This document shows, piece by piece, positions 11,706 through 23,443 of a stretch of DNA of 64,000 bases. The notes below the pieces were generated by a model. That model was not told the origin of the DNA and searched no databases. It saw nothing but the letters and a program-made list of their open reading frames with translations. The position numbers and the translations under genes were made by a program. The stretch comes from Podarcis bocagei. Taxonomy: Eukaryota. Each line of letters begins with the position of its first letter. The first letter of the stretch is position 1. The stretch lies in NCBI GenBank assembly GCA_964188305.1, contig OZ076894.1; one strand, 5' to 3'.

Positions 11706-12053
11706 GGACGCGGGTGGCGCTGTGGGTTAAACCACAGAGCCTAGGACTTGCTGATCAGAAGGTCGGTGGTTTGAATCCCTGCGACGGGGTGAACTCCCGT
11801 TGCTCGGTCCCTGCTCCTGCCAACCTAGCAGTTCAAAAGCACGTCAAAGTGCAAGCAGATAAATAGGTACCGCTCTGGCGGGAAGGTAAACGGCGCTTCC
11901 GTGTGCTGCTCTGGTTCGCCAGAAGCGGCTTAGTCATGCTGGCCACATGACCCGGAAGCTGTACACCAGCTCCCTCGGCCAATAAAGCGAGATGAGCGCC
12001 ACAACCCCAGAGTCGGCCACGACTAGACCTAATGGTCAGGGGTCCCTTTACCA
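11706..12053 (+). mobile_element. Sauria SINE (Squam1), full length
   Basis: GGACGCGGGTGGCGCTGTGGGTTAAACC head, GCAGATAAATAGGTACC core, CCTTTACC tail; 14-bp TSD TAACCATTATACCA. Confidence 0.9.
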
Positions 12054-12738
12054 TAACCATTATACCACATTGAAGCATTACTTCGGCCTCCCTACCTGCC
12101 ATCTCTACAGGCAGCCTCGTTGCTGTTTCCAATGGGGTTGAATCTGGCTCCTGGCCAAGTAAGCGGTTTGCCTGGTAGGTACCCCCAAAGTGCTCTTCAT
12201 TATTTTCCTTATGTTTCTAGAGTAGATAGCATAAGCCAGCTGCTGAATAAATCACCTTCGGCTCAGCAGCAGGAGTGAAACATGATGTTGCCTGCCCTAA
12301 GGTGCCAAAGGAAAAGCTCTCTGATGAGCCCTGCCTCCTCCTAGGTCTTCTAAAATAAAATTTATTAGTTTCTTTTTACTGCAACTAAGCGTGTCACCAG
12401 GCCTAAGCACGTGCCACTGAAACAGAAAGATAGTCTTTCCCTGTGTACCCCTGCCTCTGCGCCCCCTTTCCTTCATCTATTGTTTCTGCTATGTCAACTT
12501 TTAGTTTGCAATCTACTTGGGGCAGAGACCTGTCATTTTTGCACTCAATAAAATGTCATGCACACTGATGGCACTGTACGATGGCACTGACGGCACAATA
12601 ATAATAAAACATTGAAGTTCACTTCTGCTATTATTTAATTTCTATTGTGGCAACAGACTTTGGAGTAGAAGTCATTGAACTGAATGCTGCTTATTGCTGA
12701 GTATACACAGTTGGAATCAGGGTAGCTGCTCATTATTC

Positions 12739-13465
12739 TGCTGCATGCCGCCCCAATCTCTGAGTGGTGAGAGATTCCAGGGTTTCCAGTTGCTTATCTT
12801 GGGTCTTATGTTTCCTTTTGGAAATGAGGCACAGAGGAGACTGTGGTGTCTTTAGGATATATGGTTTATTTACACATATGTATACAACCTGAGCGTATGA
12901 CGGAGGGGTTCATGGCATCAACACCCCAAAAGGTTATTGTTTCTCCCATAGCCACAACCTTGGGTGCAAATAGCGATGGAAGCCGCTTGGGTGCCTGGAG
13001 CTGCACATTCAGCGCAGAGTGAGCCTCCCATAGTGGCAGGGCGCACCGCGGGGCCTCCGGAGTCTGCCTGCCTCCTCCCATTCAGCCGCCCTACAGCTGG
13101 GGGGGAGGCAGCAGGTGGACCATTTGGGCAGTGCGGAGCCTGCAGGCATTTTGTCACCCCCCCAGTGGTGACACCTGGGGTGGCCCGCACCTACCGCGCC
13201 CCCTTTCCTCCGCCCCTGGGTGCAAATAAACATCAAACATTGTGCTCTGCCTATCTGGCCTTCCAGCCTACTGCTCCATGCCTCCAGCTTCTAGTTCACA
13301 TAATTCCTAATGCCTCTAACCTCTATACTCTCTCCTCTGGGGTGTGATGGCTTGATTAGCTTTTAATACTTGCTGGATGCAGTTTAACACCCCAAGCCTT
13401 GATTGAATTCTAACACTTACTGGATCCAGGAATGATAGGTGCCTTGCACTCACAAGCTCATAACA
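12739..13465 (-). mobile_element. solo LTR (ERV-like), same family as 14766-15236
   Basis: TG...CA ends; 4-bp TSD ATTC/ATAC; minus strand carries GTAAATAAACCATATAT...AGACACCACAGT, shared with the 14.8 kb LTR. Confidence 0.7.
12971..13218. mobile_element. hAT-type MITE nested in LTR
   Basis: 8-bp TSD GGTGCAAA (12963-12970 / 13219-13226); right TIR CCTCCGCCCCTG. Confidence 0.75.
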
Positions 13466-14339
13466 ATACAAATATGTAAATAGTTTGTCCATGGTTTGAA
13501 GAATTTTTTTTTAAAAAAATAAGTAGGTGCTTTTCTAAAGAGGCCATTATAGAATGTTGCTGTTTTGATAGTTAGAAACCTCTTGCTGCTTGCTGTCCAG
13601 CCTGAATTATGACAGCGCAATTTATATGGATGTCTTTTTGTATATGTCATACAGCGCTGCTATCTGCAAATAAGAGAAACATACTGAGCAGCTTAATTGT
13701 TAACAGGGTTTTTTTATGCCATTGCTCTTGGACAGAGGCAAGTATTGTAAGGCCTCACTGAGTGAGTTAGATTCTGCGTGACAGGCTAAGCTATTGGCTT
13801 GCCTATTTTGCTGAATTAGGGCCAATTTTTCTTCCTGCCAGCTCAGTAAAAGGGAGCGGGGATGCTGGCAGGCATATTCCTGGTTAGAAGATTCCTGCTT
13901 ACAAGGGCAAGATTATGCAGTATTCTCCAAGGGTTGTGTGTACTGGGCTTATGTTTTCAGCCCTGTAGGCCCTTCTTGGTGAAAAGCTTGCTAGACCTTC
14001 AAAGGAAACTGTATTGAGCTATTTAAAAGAAGCATGTCTTTGGAAAATATATGCATTTTATTTTGGGCAGTACTTCAAGGCCATGTCTCTAAAGTCTTGT
14101 CCATTCCCATTTCCTCTCCAGTCGAATTCCCAAGCAAGCGATATTGGATGTAAGTGGGTTTAACTCCATCAGTTTCAAGTTGATCCCATTTTGCATTATT
14201 TTGTATCCTTAGAAATTAAAACGGGAGAAAAATGATTAAACAGGGAATGGCAAAAACCACCCCAAGGAAATGTATATTGTTTTTAAAAGAGCAAGAAGAA
14301 TTGTACAAAGTGGCTCACCTATGATAGGTTACTGGGACA

Positions 14340-14518
14340 CCAGAAGCTGCATATACTGAATCAAAACCATTGGCGTATTAAGCTCAAAGTTGCCCACACT
14401 GACTAGCAGTGATGCTCCAGGGTTTCAGACAGGGAATTCTCAGCCCTATCCAGAAATGCCAAGAATGAACCTGAGAGCCTCAGGATGCAAGGCAAATGCT
14501 CTACTGCTGAGCTATGGA
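14340..14518 (-). mobile_element. tRNA/CR1-tail SINE (Squam2-like)
   Basis: reverse strand reads TAGCTCAGCAGTAGAGCATTTGC...GGTTCATTC...CTGAAACCCTGGAG; related fragment at ~50705-50825 (+). Confidence 0.6.
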
Positions 14519-14765
14519 CTCTTCTCAACATGTCTTCATGGGAGAAGATAGGGGGCAGATCCTTGTGCCTGAACTAAGTTTTGTGCCTGAACTAAGTTTT
14601 GCAGGAGGGGAATTTGAGGAACCGAGGCCAATAGTGGTGATGAGAAACAAAGTTCTAGGCCTAATAGACAAACTAGAGACTGACAAATGGCTGGGTCTAG
14701 ATGGCATCCACTTGAGAGATCTCAAAGACCTCAGATGTGAAATTGCTGATCTTCTAACAAAAATA

Positions 14766-15236
14766 GGGTTGTGAGTTGGGGGTGGGGGTGGTTTAGTTTG
14801 CATGGTTCCTGAGTTCCTTCTAATTCCTGGGGTCCTGGGTCCATTAACACCTTAAAGAGGATTCCACTGTTGAACAAACCAGGCAAGCTTCTTGGTGAGT
14901 TAATGGTCCTATATATGGTCATTAGTATAACAAAGGAGGGCAAATGGGTGGGCATCCTCACCTGGTTGGTAATGAGAAAGACAAAGGCCAGGGCAGTTGA
15001 GTTCTGCTTGATTTCTGCTAGAAGCCAAGGGTGTGACTGGGAAAAGCAAGACCTTCTGGGCGTGTTAATGCTGTGAGCTGCTCCATCTCCGGCTCAGATT
15101 GTAAGTGTAAATAAACCATATATACTAGAGACACCACAGTGTCTGCTGTCCCTCATTCAGAGAAAGCAGAACCCTGGGTAAGTTCCTGGAACTTGTGGAA
15201 TCTTGCACCGCTGAAAGATTGGGGTGCTGTGCAACA
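14766..15236 (+). mobile_element. solo LTR (ERV-like) inserted in CR1
   Basis: ends GGTTGTGAG...GTGCAACA, TSD AATA, AATAAA at ~15110; CR1 sequence CAAAAATA|TGTAACTTG rejoins across it. Confidence 0.7.
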
Positions 15237-15251
15237 AATATGTAACTTGTC

Positions 15252-15490
15252 CATAGCCGTAGCTAGGTGATCTTGTGCCCCTGGCAAAACCGTCCAGATT
15301 GCGCCCCCTAGCCACAGAGAAATTAGCTCTTCTTTCCACCTCTCCTCGAACCCCTCCCCCTCCATTCAATTCACCCTCTATTAAAATATGAGGCAATAAT
15401 CAATATTTGTATTTATAGACATATTTATGTACGTATTTTGAAGACAATTTAGCATGTCCCCCACCTTGCCACCCCCTAGCTAGGGTCCTG
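15252..15490. mobile_element. hAT-type MITE
   Basis: 8-bp TSD AACTTGTC; imperfect TIRs CATAGCCGTAGCTAGG / CCTAGCTAGGGTCCTG. Confidence 0.75.
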
Positions 15491-15741
15491 AACTTGTCCC
15501 TCAGATCAGCCTCCATACCTAAGGACTGGAAAGCACCCAGTGCAACACAACTTTTAAAACAGGAATCCAGGCGGATCCTAGAAATTACAGGCCAGTTAGC
15601 TTGACGTCTGTGCTAGGAAAACCTGTGGAAAATATTGTTAAAGATAAAATAACCAAGCATAGAGAAGAACAAACTTTGCTGAAGCTGAACCAGCATGGCT
15701 TCTGCAAAGGTAAGCCCTGTCTCCCTAACCTATTAAGAGTC

Positions 15742-15868
15742 GCAGATAGGTAGCCGTGTTGGTCTGCCATAGTCAAAATAAAAAAATTCCTTCCAGTAGC
15801 ACCTTAAAGACCAACTAAGTTAGTTCTTGGTATGAGCTTTCGTGTGCATGCACACTTCTTCAGATACA
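15742..15868 (-). mobile_element. Penelope-like-element-derived short insertion
   Basis: 12-bp TSD CTATTAAGAGTC; about 90 bp identical to the copy at 23.45 kb; contains hammerhead core. Confidence 0.8.
15830..15867 (-). ncRNA. minimal type I hammerhead ribozyme motif
   Basis: minus strand GUAU-CUGAAGA-A-GUGUGCAUGCACAC-GAAA-GC-UC-AUAC: conserved core, helix II palindrome, vestigial helix III, helix I GUAU/AUAC. Confidence 0.75.
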
Positions 15869-18199
15869 CTATTAAGAGTCCTTTGAGAGTATCAAGAAGC
15901 ATATATTTGGAGCTCAGAAGACATAGCTGTCCTGAACGTAGTCTTGGGCAAGTCACTTGTCTCCACATTGTCCAGTTTCCAAAAGTGACCCTAGGGAATG
16001 CCCCTGGGGACCTTACAAGCAGGGTATAAGTGCAAGAGAGTTCCCATGTTGCTTGTTCTAAGCACTTTTATTCAGAACTAAACTGTCCCTGAACATAGAA
16101 ATTCCATTTAGCTATAATGGCTGAGAAACATTGGCTTGCATGGGCAATGCAATTATAACCAGCTTGGAAATGGGAGCAGCTTGAAAGAGTTTGTAGCGCA
16201 TCCCCATTCCTTGGATGCATCAATTTCTCTGCTTTTAATCAGGGGTAATGCATAATAAATAAATAATAATAATAAAAAATCAAATAAAACTCATAATACA
16301 TAATCTATATTAGGGAACAAAAAGAAATCCACCCTGAAATTGCTTTCAACTCTGTGGAAGTTTTATCAGACAAACATTTCCAGGGGCAGGGGCAGGGGAG
16401 AACTCCCACTAAACCAAAACATAATAGGTGGGGTTTATTGTAGGAATTGCCTTAGAGGCCTGGAATAAAATGTAAAATATTGAAAACACAGACATAAAAA
16501 TATGTTATAACTAGATACACATGTATTTTGCTGGCGTCTAATAACTTGAGTCAATTCCTAAAAGGTATTGTCTCCACACAGCTCATACCTATATATTTTG
16601 AATCAACACTAAAAGAAAATGGGTCACACAATGGTGACTCAAAAAGAGAACAATTTATCACAAACCAAGTAAGTGTCACAAGCAGAAGAGAAGCAGAAAA
16701 CATGTGACCTTGTGATGTTAAAAAATCAGCTATATAAAAACTCATGAAATAATATGCTAAAGCGCAAAATTACCGTACATGCTTGCTACGGTGACAGCGT
16801 AACTGTCTGTGGCCATGAACATGAACCCACACCCACACCACCTAAACATTTTATTTATTAATTTAACATATAATAGCTCAACATTGTGATAAAAAAGTAT
16901 TCCATCATGAGTCCTTGGTGATTTATGTCCAAGTTCTTTAGTCTAATCGTATTCAATAAAGTCAAACCAGATTTTCCTAAAGTTGTCCCTTTCCTTATGT
17001 TGTCATCTTTCTCATGTCCTATTTGTCAATCTTACCATTAATGCCAGATTCCTGCTTTGCCATTTGTTTCAGTTACAACAACATGTGGGAAACACCCTGA
17101 AAACGAAGAGTTTACAAGTTGAAGTTGTAGCTAGTAGCACTAAACCAAGTCTGGTCTAGTAGCATAAGTCTTTGTTGCCTTTTCTCTCTCCCTCCAGAAT
17201 TCCCACCCAAGATTTTATCAGGTTTCCAAAACCCAATAACATAGCAACATAAGGATGATCCTGCTGGATCAGGCCAAAGGTTCATTGAGTGCAGAATCCT
17301 GTTCTCCTAGTGGACAATCAGAGGCATATGGGAAACCCAAAAACAAGACATGAGTGTAGCAGCAGCAATTTCCCCAATTCTGATTCGCAGCAACTGATGC
17401 CCCCCAATTCAATACCTTGCATTTCCCCTGTTCAAAGAAGGCATCAGTTTGAGACATTCTTGTTTCACATCTATTTACAGGAGGACTCAAGCCCGTGACA
17501 CAAATGTGGCTATGTTAATTTATATGTACAGAAAAGTAAATTTAGGTTTCTGAGCAGATAAAGGTGGTGCGTGGCTGGGTTGTCACCCGGGGGCTGTTTG
17601 ACATCATGCTCAGCAGCCCTATAAGCAAAGTTGCTTTTTCTAAATAAAAAAGTGGGAAACAACATCACCTTGCCATACACAACAGAGGTGGGCAGCAAGC
17701 AAAATAGCTCCCATCTGGAAGTACAAGGGATGGAGAACAGCAGTCAGGAATGTTGCGTCCAAGGGATGAGGAGAGAGAGAAAAGAAGATGTGGGGAACAA
17801 GGGGGAGAAGTGAGACAAAGCAAGCCAGAAAAGGAAGTTGGTAGCACTGGCTTTATGCCCACTTACACATATCTATCTATATATTATTACATATCATATA
17901 TACAAATGATCTGCTGGTGATCGATTTGATATTACTGAGGGCGTGCATGTGCATTTTTATTGGCTTTATGTCGTTTCATAGATGTTTTTGCCGTGCCTGT
18001 TAGCTGCCTTTGGGGTCTCATTAGGGATGGAAATCTGCTGAAGAAAAAGCGCGTGCATTGCTTCAGTCGGGAAGCACAGAATCGGAGAATTGAAAGGGAT
18101 CCCAGGGGTCATCTAGTCCAACCCCCTGCAAATCAGGAATCCCAGCTAAAGCATCCATGACAGGGAGTCTCTGAGATAGATATATGGGTATGAAACCCA

Positions 18200-19420
18200 G
18201 CAGCGGCGCAGAAACAGAGCTTTCCTTTGCAAGAAACACAATCCCGAGCGAGTGCGGGACTCGCAACATCCATTCAGACGTGAGAGAAGTTACTCGGAAC
18301 CCACCGCCCCACAACAGCCTGTTTTCTGTCCCCTCTCAGGAGCTGGCCCCCTAAAAGTGTGAGGAGAAGAAATTCCCTAAAACTGTTGGCGCTGAGGTTT
18401 TCTTTTTTGTGGTGAGGCGGACCTTCCTGGAGGAGCCTCGCCCGCCCGCCCGCCCGCTAGCCTAGGGGCGTCTCTGTGAGGGAAGCTGAGGAGGAGGCGG
18501 GCCGAAGGGAGCCGGCGAAGGGCGGCAGGGAGGAGCGCCGGAGGAAGGAGCCAGCGAGCGCTTGGGAAAGAGGGAACCGCGTCGGGCGGCGGCGGCGGCA
18601 CCCAGAGGAAAGGAGGCCGGAGCAGGCGAATTAAAATGGCCACCAGCCGCTGCGGGAGCAGCTGGGAGCAGAGCAGCAGCAGCAGCGGAGAAAGCAGCGC
18701 CTCCTCCTCCTCCTCCTCGTTTCCCGGGATTGCCCGCACGGCCCAGGCCGGGCCTTGATTGATGGGGGAAGCGGGAAGCGGCGCTGGGAGCTGCCGGCTG
18801 AGGGGACGGCGGGCGGCGCTGCCTTGAAGCCCACCTCCCCTCCTCTCCCCGCCTGGGCTGCAGCCTCGCCGTAGGAATAAAGGGAGAGAGAGAAGGAAAG
18901 GAGGAGGAGGAGGCGGACGGCCGCCCCTCCCTCCTTCCCTCGGAGCCTCGTCGTTGCTGTTATTATTCTTATCATCATTTCACCCTTTTTCAAAAAAACT
19001 GCAAGCCCTCTTTTCCAAAGCCCTCGCCGGTGGGGCGGATCCCGGACGCGTCTCCAACCTCTCTCAGCAACCGCGCAGCGACCACCCCGGTGAGCAAACG
19101 GAGCTCTGGGCATTAACCTCAGCTCCCCCCTTTCCCACCCCCATTTTCTGTCACCCTTCGGCTCCCGAGGACACTTAGGGGGTGTCTCTCTCCCCTCCCC
19201 CAGCTTCCTTCCCTTCTCTCCCCCTCCCGCCTCGCTTCCTAGGCCGCAACGGCGGCTCCGAGCTCTCCTCCGCCTCCCCGGCCAGGGATGCTGCAGCGGG
19301 AGCCGTTTGCTTTTTCCCCTCCTTGCTGGTTTTTGGCTATACGTCGCTTTCCCCGCACCCGCCACCCTCTTCCCCCTGCGCCTCGATTTGAAAGGGGGAT
19401 GGGGGGTGGCGGACAGTTAC
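18200..19420 (+). promoter_or_regulatory. WDFY3: CpG island, probable WDFY3 promoter and non-coding exon 1
   Basis: only CpG-dense unique region in the window; GC boxes, (GGC)n/(GCA)n runs, YY1-like AAAATGGC at 18633; candidate donor CCG|GTGAGC at 19089/19090. Confidence 0.8.
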
Positions 19421-19799
19421 CCGCATTGCTTTAGCTCGTTTTTTTTATCTGTGCATGTTTATCCTAGGCTGCAATATTCAGGAGCAGCAGAAATCTCTTT
19501 TCTTCCTGGCGACGAGAACCCAGACTTCCTGATTATTTTTTTCTTTCCAGTGGTTTGCTTCGTTCTGGGTTGGTGGTTTTCTCTTATCTTCCCCCTCCTT
19601 CACCCCAGATTTTTTGTGTCCCCCCCCCTTTTGCTCCAGGTTTTGGGATCTGCATGGGATTGTGGGCCTTGTTTTCTCCAGCAAACGGTGTTTTGTGTGT
19701 GAGAGGTAAATAAACGAACCGCAACAACTACCAGACTTTTAGAAGACATCTGAAGGCAGCCCTGTTTAGAGAAGCTTTTAATGTTTGATGTATTACAGT

Positions 19800-19876
19800 A
19801 TTTTAATATATTTTTTTTGGAAGCCGCCCAGAGTGGCTGGGGAAGACCAGCCAGATGGGCAGAGTATAAATAATAA

Positions 19877-19922
<46 letters not shown>
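19800..19922 (+). mobile_element. LINE (L2-like) 3' terminal fragment with (TTA)n tail
   Basis: GAAGCCGCCCAGAGTGGCTGGGG...CAGCCAGATGGGC...TATAAAT then (TTA)n; reverse copy at ~49590-49685. Confidence 0.6.
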
Positions 19923-19923
<1 letters not shown>

Positions 19924-20692
19924 TTGCCTTCACTTTAACCTATGCAGGCAGGTTGCAACACCCACTACCCCACCCCACCCCCTTGTCTCTGGAAGCTGCT
20001 TCTGCTTTCTGGGAGAGGGACAGAAGGGCCCACGGAAACGCTGGCAGCTTGTCCTCTTCCTGGCCCTGCAGTGATTGCCTTAAAAAAAAAAATCCCTCTG
20101 TTTCTCTCTCCCCCCCCCCACCCCAGTGTGCTGTCTTTACCTTTCTTAATGGGTTTTGTTGCTTTTAGCTGCTGGGAAGGGAGATGGGGGAAAAGATGGG
20201 CAAGCAGAACGGAACAGAAACAGGAAATACAGGGCTCCCCCCACACCCCACTTTTAAATCTCTCCCAACCTTCTGTGCCCTGCAGTAGGATGAAGGGAAA
20301 AGAACAAAAGGCATCCCATCCCTGTCCATTAGGGGTGGTTTGTTTTTGTTTTTATAAAGTGCTTTACGTGACAGGTCTGTAGGAAATGATAAAAGATGTA
20401 TTTGTCTGAAAGGCTCTTAATGTTGGTTCAGGAGGATGAAGGAATATTTGCGTGTAGCTGAGGGGGCAAGGAAAGACTGGCTAGTCATTAGGAACAGTAA
20501 TCATTAGGAACTGTAGTCATTAGGAACAGATCTCCCCCCCCCCCAATGTTGAGTTACGTTAGGATAAATGACTCTGCTAGTTATAGTAGAGAATCTTTAA
20601 TCTTTAAACCTGTCAATCTTGAAGCAGTTATTGCTGATAGAGATCTTTCCGAAGATTTCAGGAGTTCCTTCCCCTCTTTTAGCCTGGTTTAC

Positions 20693-20729
<37 letters not shown>

Positions 20730-20754
20730 ACTACTGACGTAAGTATAACAAAGA

Positions 20755-20835
20755 GTCTTGGGGCACCCTAAAGTCTTGACAGATTTATTATGGCACAAGC
20801 TTTCATGGACTACAGTCTACTTCATCAGATGCACA
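20755..20835 (-). mobile_element. older Penelope-like relic with degenerate hammerhead motif
   Basis: GCACCCTAAAG...AAGCTTTC...CTTCATCAGATGCA parallels the 15.8 and 23.5 kb copies; minus strand GCAU-CUGAUGA-A-GUAGAC UGUA GUCCAU-GAAA-GC-UU-GUGC. Confidence 0.6.
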
Positions 20836-21982
20836 GTGTGTTATTCTGAGTTGCATATATACATATATACATGACTGGAATAGCATATTGTAAAAAGTGA
20901 GGTCAGAGGGAATTTAGGAATTGTATTGTGTACTTGTTTGTGTGTGTTAAGTGTATCCATAGAAGATTCCTGCAAGTTTGTTTTGCAGTATGTGTTTCAT
21001 AAGCTAACTGAAATGTTTCATGGTCCTATGTAGACTGCAGTGACCCGAATGCAGGATTCTGTTTAAAATCTTGCTTGGCTTAGTTCCATTTTAATTTTTA
21101 ATTTTTTTTGTATATAGTATATAGACTGATGGACTCCCCTCCCCCATGCCTCTGCTAATAACTGGTATTGGAAAGAAAAGAGATCAGTCATACATTATTC
21201 CCATGCTCACCATGCCTCTGAGATAAATACAACAGAGTTCACTCTTACAAATAATTGTTTCAGAACTTCAGCTGCTCATGTAGCGATAAGAAATGCATCT
21301 GCTATCCTTGACTGTTAGAACTGGAGGCTGTGATAAGCAAGTCAGCAGTTTCCAAAATTCGGTGCATGAATAAAAAGGAGAAACTATTTTTGAATGGTCT
21401 TCCATAATACAGCTCATAATACAGTCTTTGGGTATAGGTTTCTGGCATATTTTGGCATATGTGCTAATTTATTGAAAATTGACATTCTCCATGCTTATTT
21501 CTCAACTACTCTCAGACATAGGAAATTACCAATCATGTTGTTGTGCATGATAGTTTCCATCACTCAAAAATATGTGCCGTAAATTTAAGTTGCTTATCTA
21601 CTCTATAGATCTTCTTCTGCAGATATATTGACAATATTCCTAAGCTCAGTGCATGAAAAATTACTATTTCCCACCGAAACATTATTAACTACGCTTGATG
21701 GTGTTGAAAGAGGAAAGGCTTGGTTAAATATCAGGAAATGTGCATGAAGTTTATATTTAGGGTGGCAAATGATTACCAAGGGAAGTTTTGAAATTCTTAT
21801 GTTCTGTAGCTATAGTAGCTTCCTACTTACGGATTGGGTTGTTCCCTGTATGGTGGTTAACCAACACTGTTAAATGCTTCAGCATAGGAAGAAGCATTTA
21901 TGTTCGGTGTTTACTATCACAAAAATACAGATATCTATTTTTTCATGAATATGTGAGGAGAAGCTGTTGTGACATTCTACTG

Positions 21983-22117
21983 CAGGCATCCCCAACCTTC
22001 GGCCCTCCAGATATTTTGGACTACAATTCCCATCATCCCTAACCACTGGCCCTGTTAGCTAGGGATCATGGGAGCTGTAGGCCAAAACATCTGGAGGGCT
22101 GCAGGTTGGGGATACCT
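21983..22117. mobile_element. palindromic hAT (Charlie-like) MITE
   Basis: TIRs CAGGCATCCCCAACCT / AGGTTGGGGATACCTG; perfect 8-bp TSD TTCTACTG. Confidence 0.9.
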
Positions 22118-23443
22118 GTTCTACTGAGAGTACATATGAGTAAAATAGGCATGGGTGCATGCAAATGAAATTGGTGGAACTATCCCAGCATTCAGGAACA
22201 AGAGAGTAAGCTATAAAAAAACAATGAGTGCCTTCCAAAGTGATGCTGGAAAAGCTGGTCACTGTTGCACATGATTTTAAGCAATAGACAAGCAGCATTC
22301 TACAGCACACTACCTGATCGCTCCTGCTTTGTTCCTCCTACAGCAGAAGTGAGAGCAACAAACCACAGACTTTGGTTAGCCATGTCATTTGAACCCAGAA
22401 TTGTGCTTTGTTTCTTGGCTTGATGATTGTGGTTTTCTTAAGGAGAAACAAACCATGATCCAAGTTCACGTGGCATGGTAAGCCACGTTTAATGGGTGTT
22501 GCTCTCATGCTAGGGAAGGAGTGAAACAGAAGCAATTGGGCCATGTGCACTACTTGTTCACAGTAGCTCATGGTTTATGGCTTAATGTAATGTGCAAATA
22601 ATAAAAAATAAGAGGAGACTATAATTTAAACTCTATGTTGAACTAGAAAGTAAACAGACAAATACTTCTATGTATGAATATTTTGATTCTCCCCCCCTGA
22701 TTCTTGCATAGCACTATCCTACAATAATTTGGAATCAAACATCAACTCACTTTTGAAACATCAGAGCTGAGGTTTACGTGCCCAATTCATTACCCCAAGG
22801 CAGACCTTTGGCTTACCTTGCCTTAGACAGGTCTTTCCCAACCCTGCTACATTGAATTCTTTCAATCTTGCAGCCCTGGAGATCTTTAGAAGCTGAATTT
22901 GTAACCTTCTGCATGCAAAATGTTATTGTATCATTGCGGTGTGGCTCCTCACCTCATTCTAATACTGTGGTGCTAGCAGTTTGCTTTTGTTTACCAAAGT
23001 CAAGCAAATCTTTTCAAGCAAAGTATGTTAGTGCCTGGGTAACATAGATGTAGCAGCTTGTAGTATACGAAAGCCCACTTTGGGGCATGTGGTAGCTATA
23101 TTGGAATCAGCATTCACCTGTGGGTGCATGTAGTCCCACGTCTCAACTTGGTTGCACCATTACAACAAGAGAAAAATATTTATAATGTAAAGGTAGTTCT
23201 TAGTGCCTGTTCTATGAAAAGTTGGAAGTATTTGTCAGCACATATTGACATGGTAATGCAAGCGGCGTTCAAAACTCCTATTGTTCTAGGCACATTTTGC
23301 GACAGGGAATTTCATTGGCTTTTCTGCCTCCTCACTTCCAGCTACTCTCTGAAGACTGGAGAAGAGACCCTTCTAAGAGTATTAGGGGGGTGGGCGGGGG
23401 AAGGACTAGACCATGTGAAAATGAACATAATATTCTAGCTGCA

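Larger units (their letters stand above)
14520..15900 (+). mobile_element. old, degraded CR1 ORF2 fragment split by three later insertions
   Basis: translates to LDGIHLRDLKDLRCEIADLLTKI (cf. [14 protein letters not shown]) and YRPVSLTS...QHGFCKGKPCL. Confidence 0.8.

Noticed and set aside
12739-15236. A single provirus bounded by two LTRs
   Set aside because: LTRs are inverted, have separate TSDs and flank no gag/pol
18377-19365. Long Ala/Gly/Arg-rich ORFs on both strands
   Set aside because: Expected in GC-rich CpG-island sequence; low complexity, no recognisable domain
19785-20168. ORF with poly-Leu (TM-like) stretch
   Set aside because: Derived from the (TTA)n microsatellite tail
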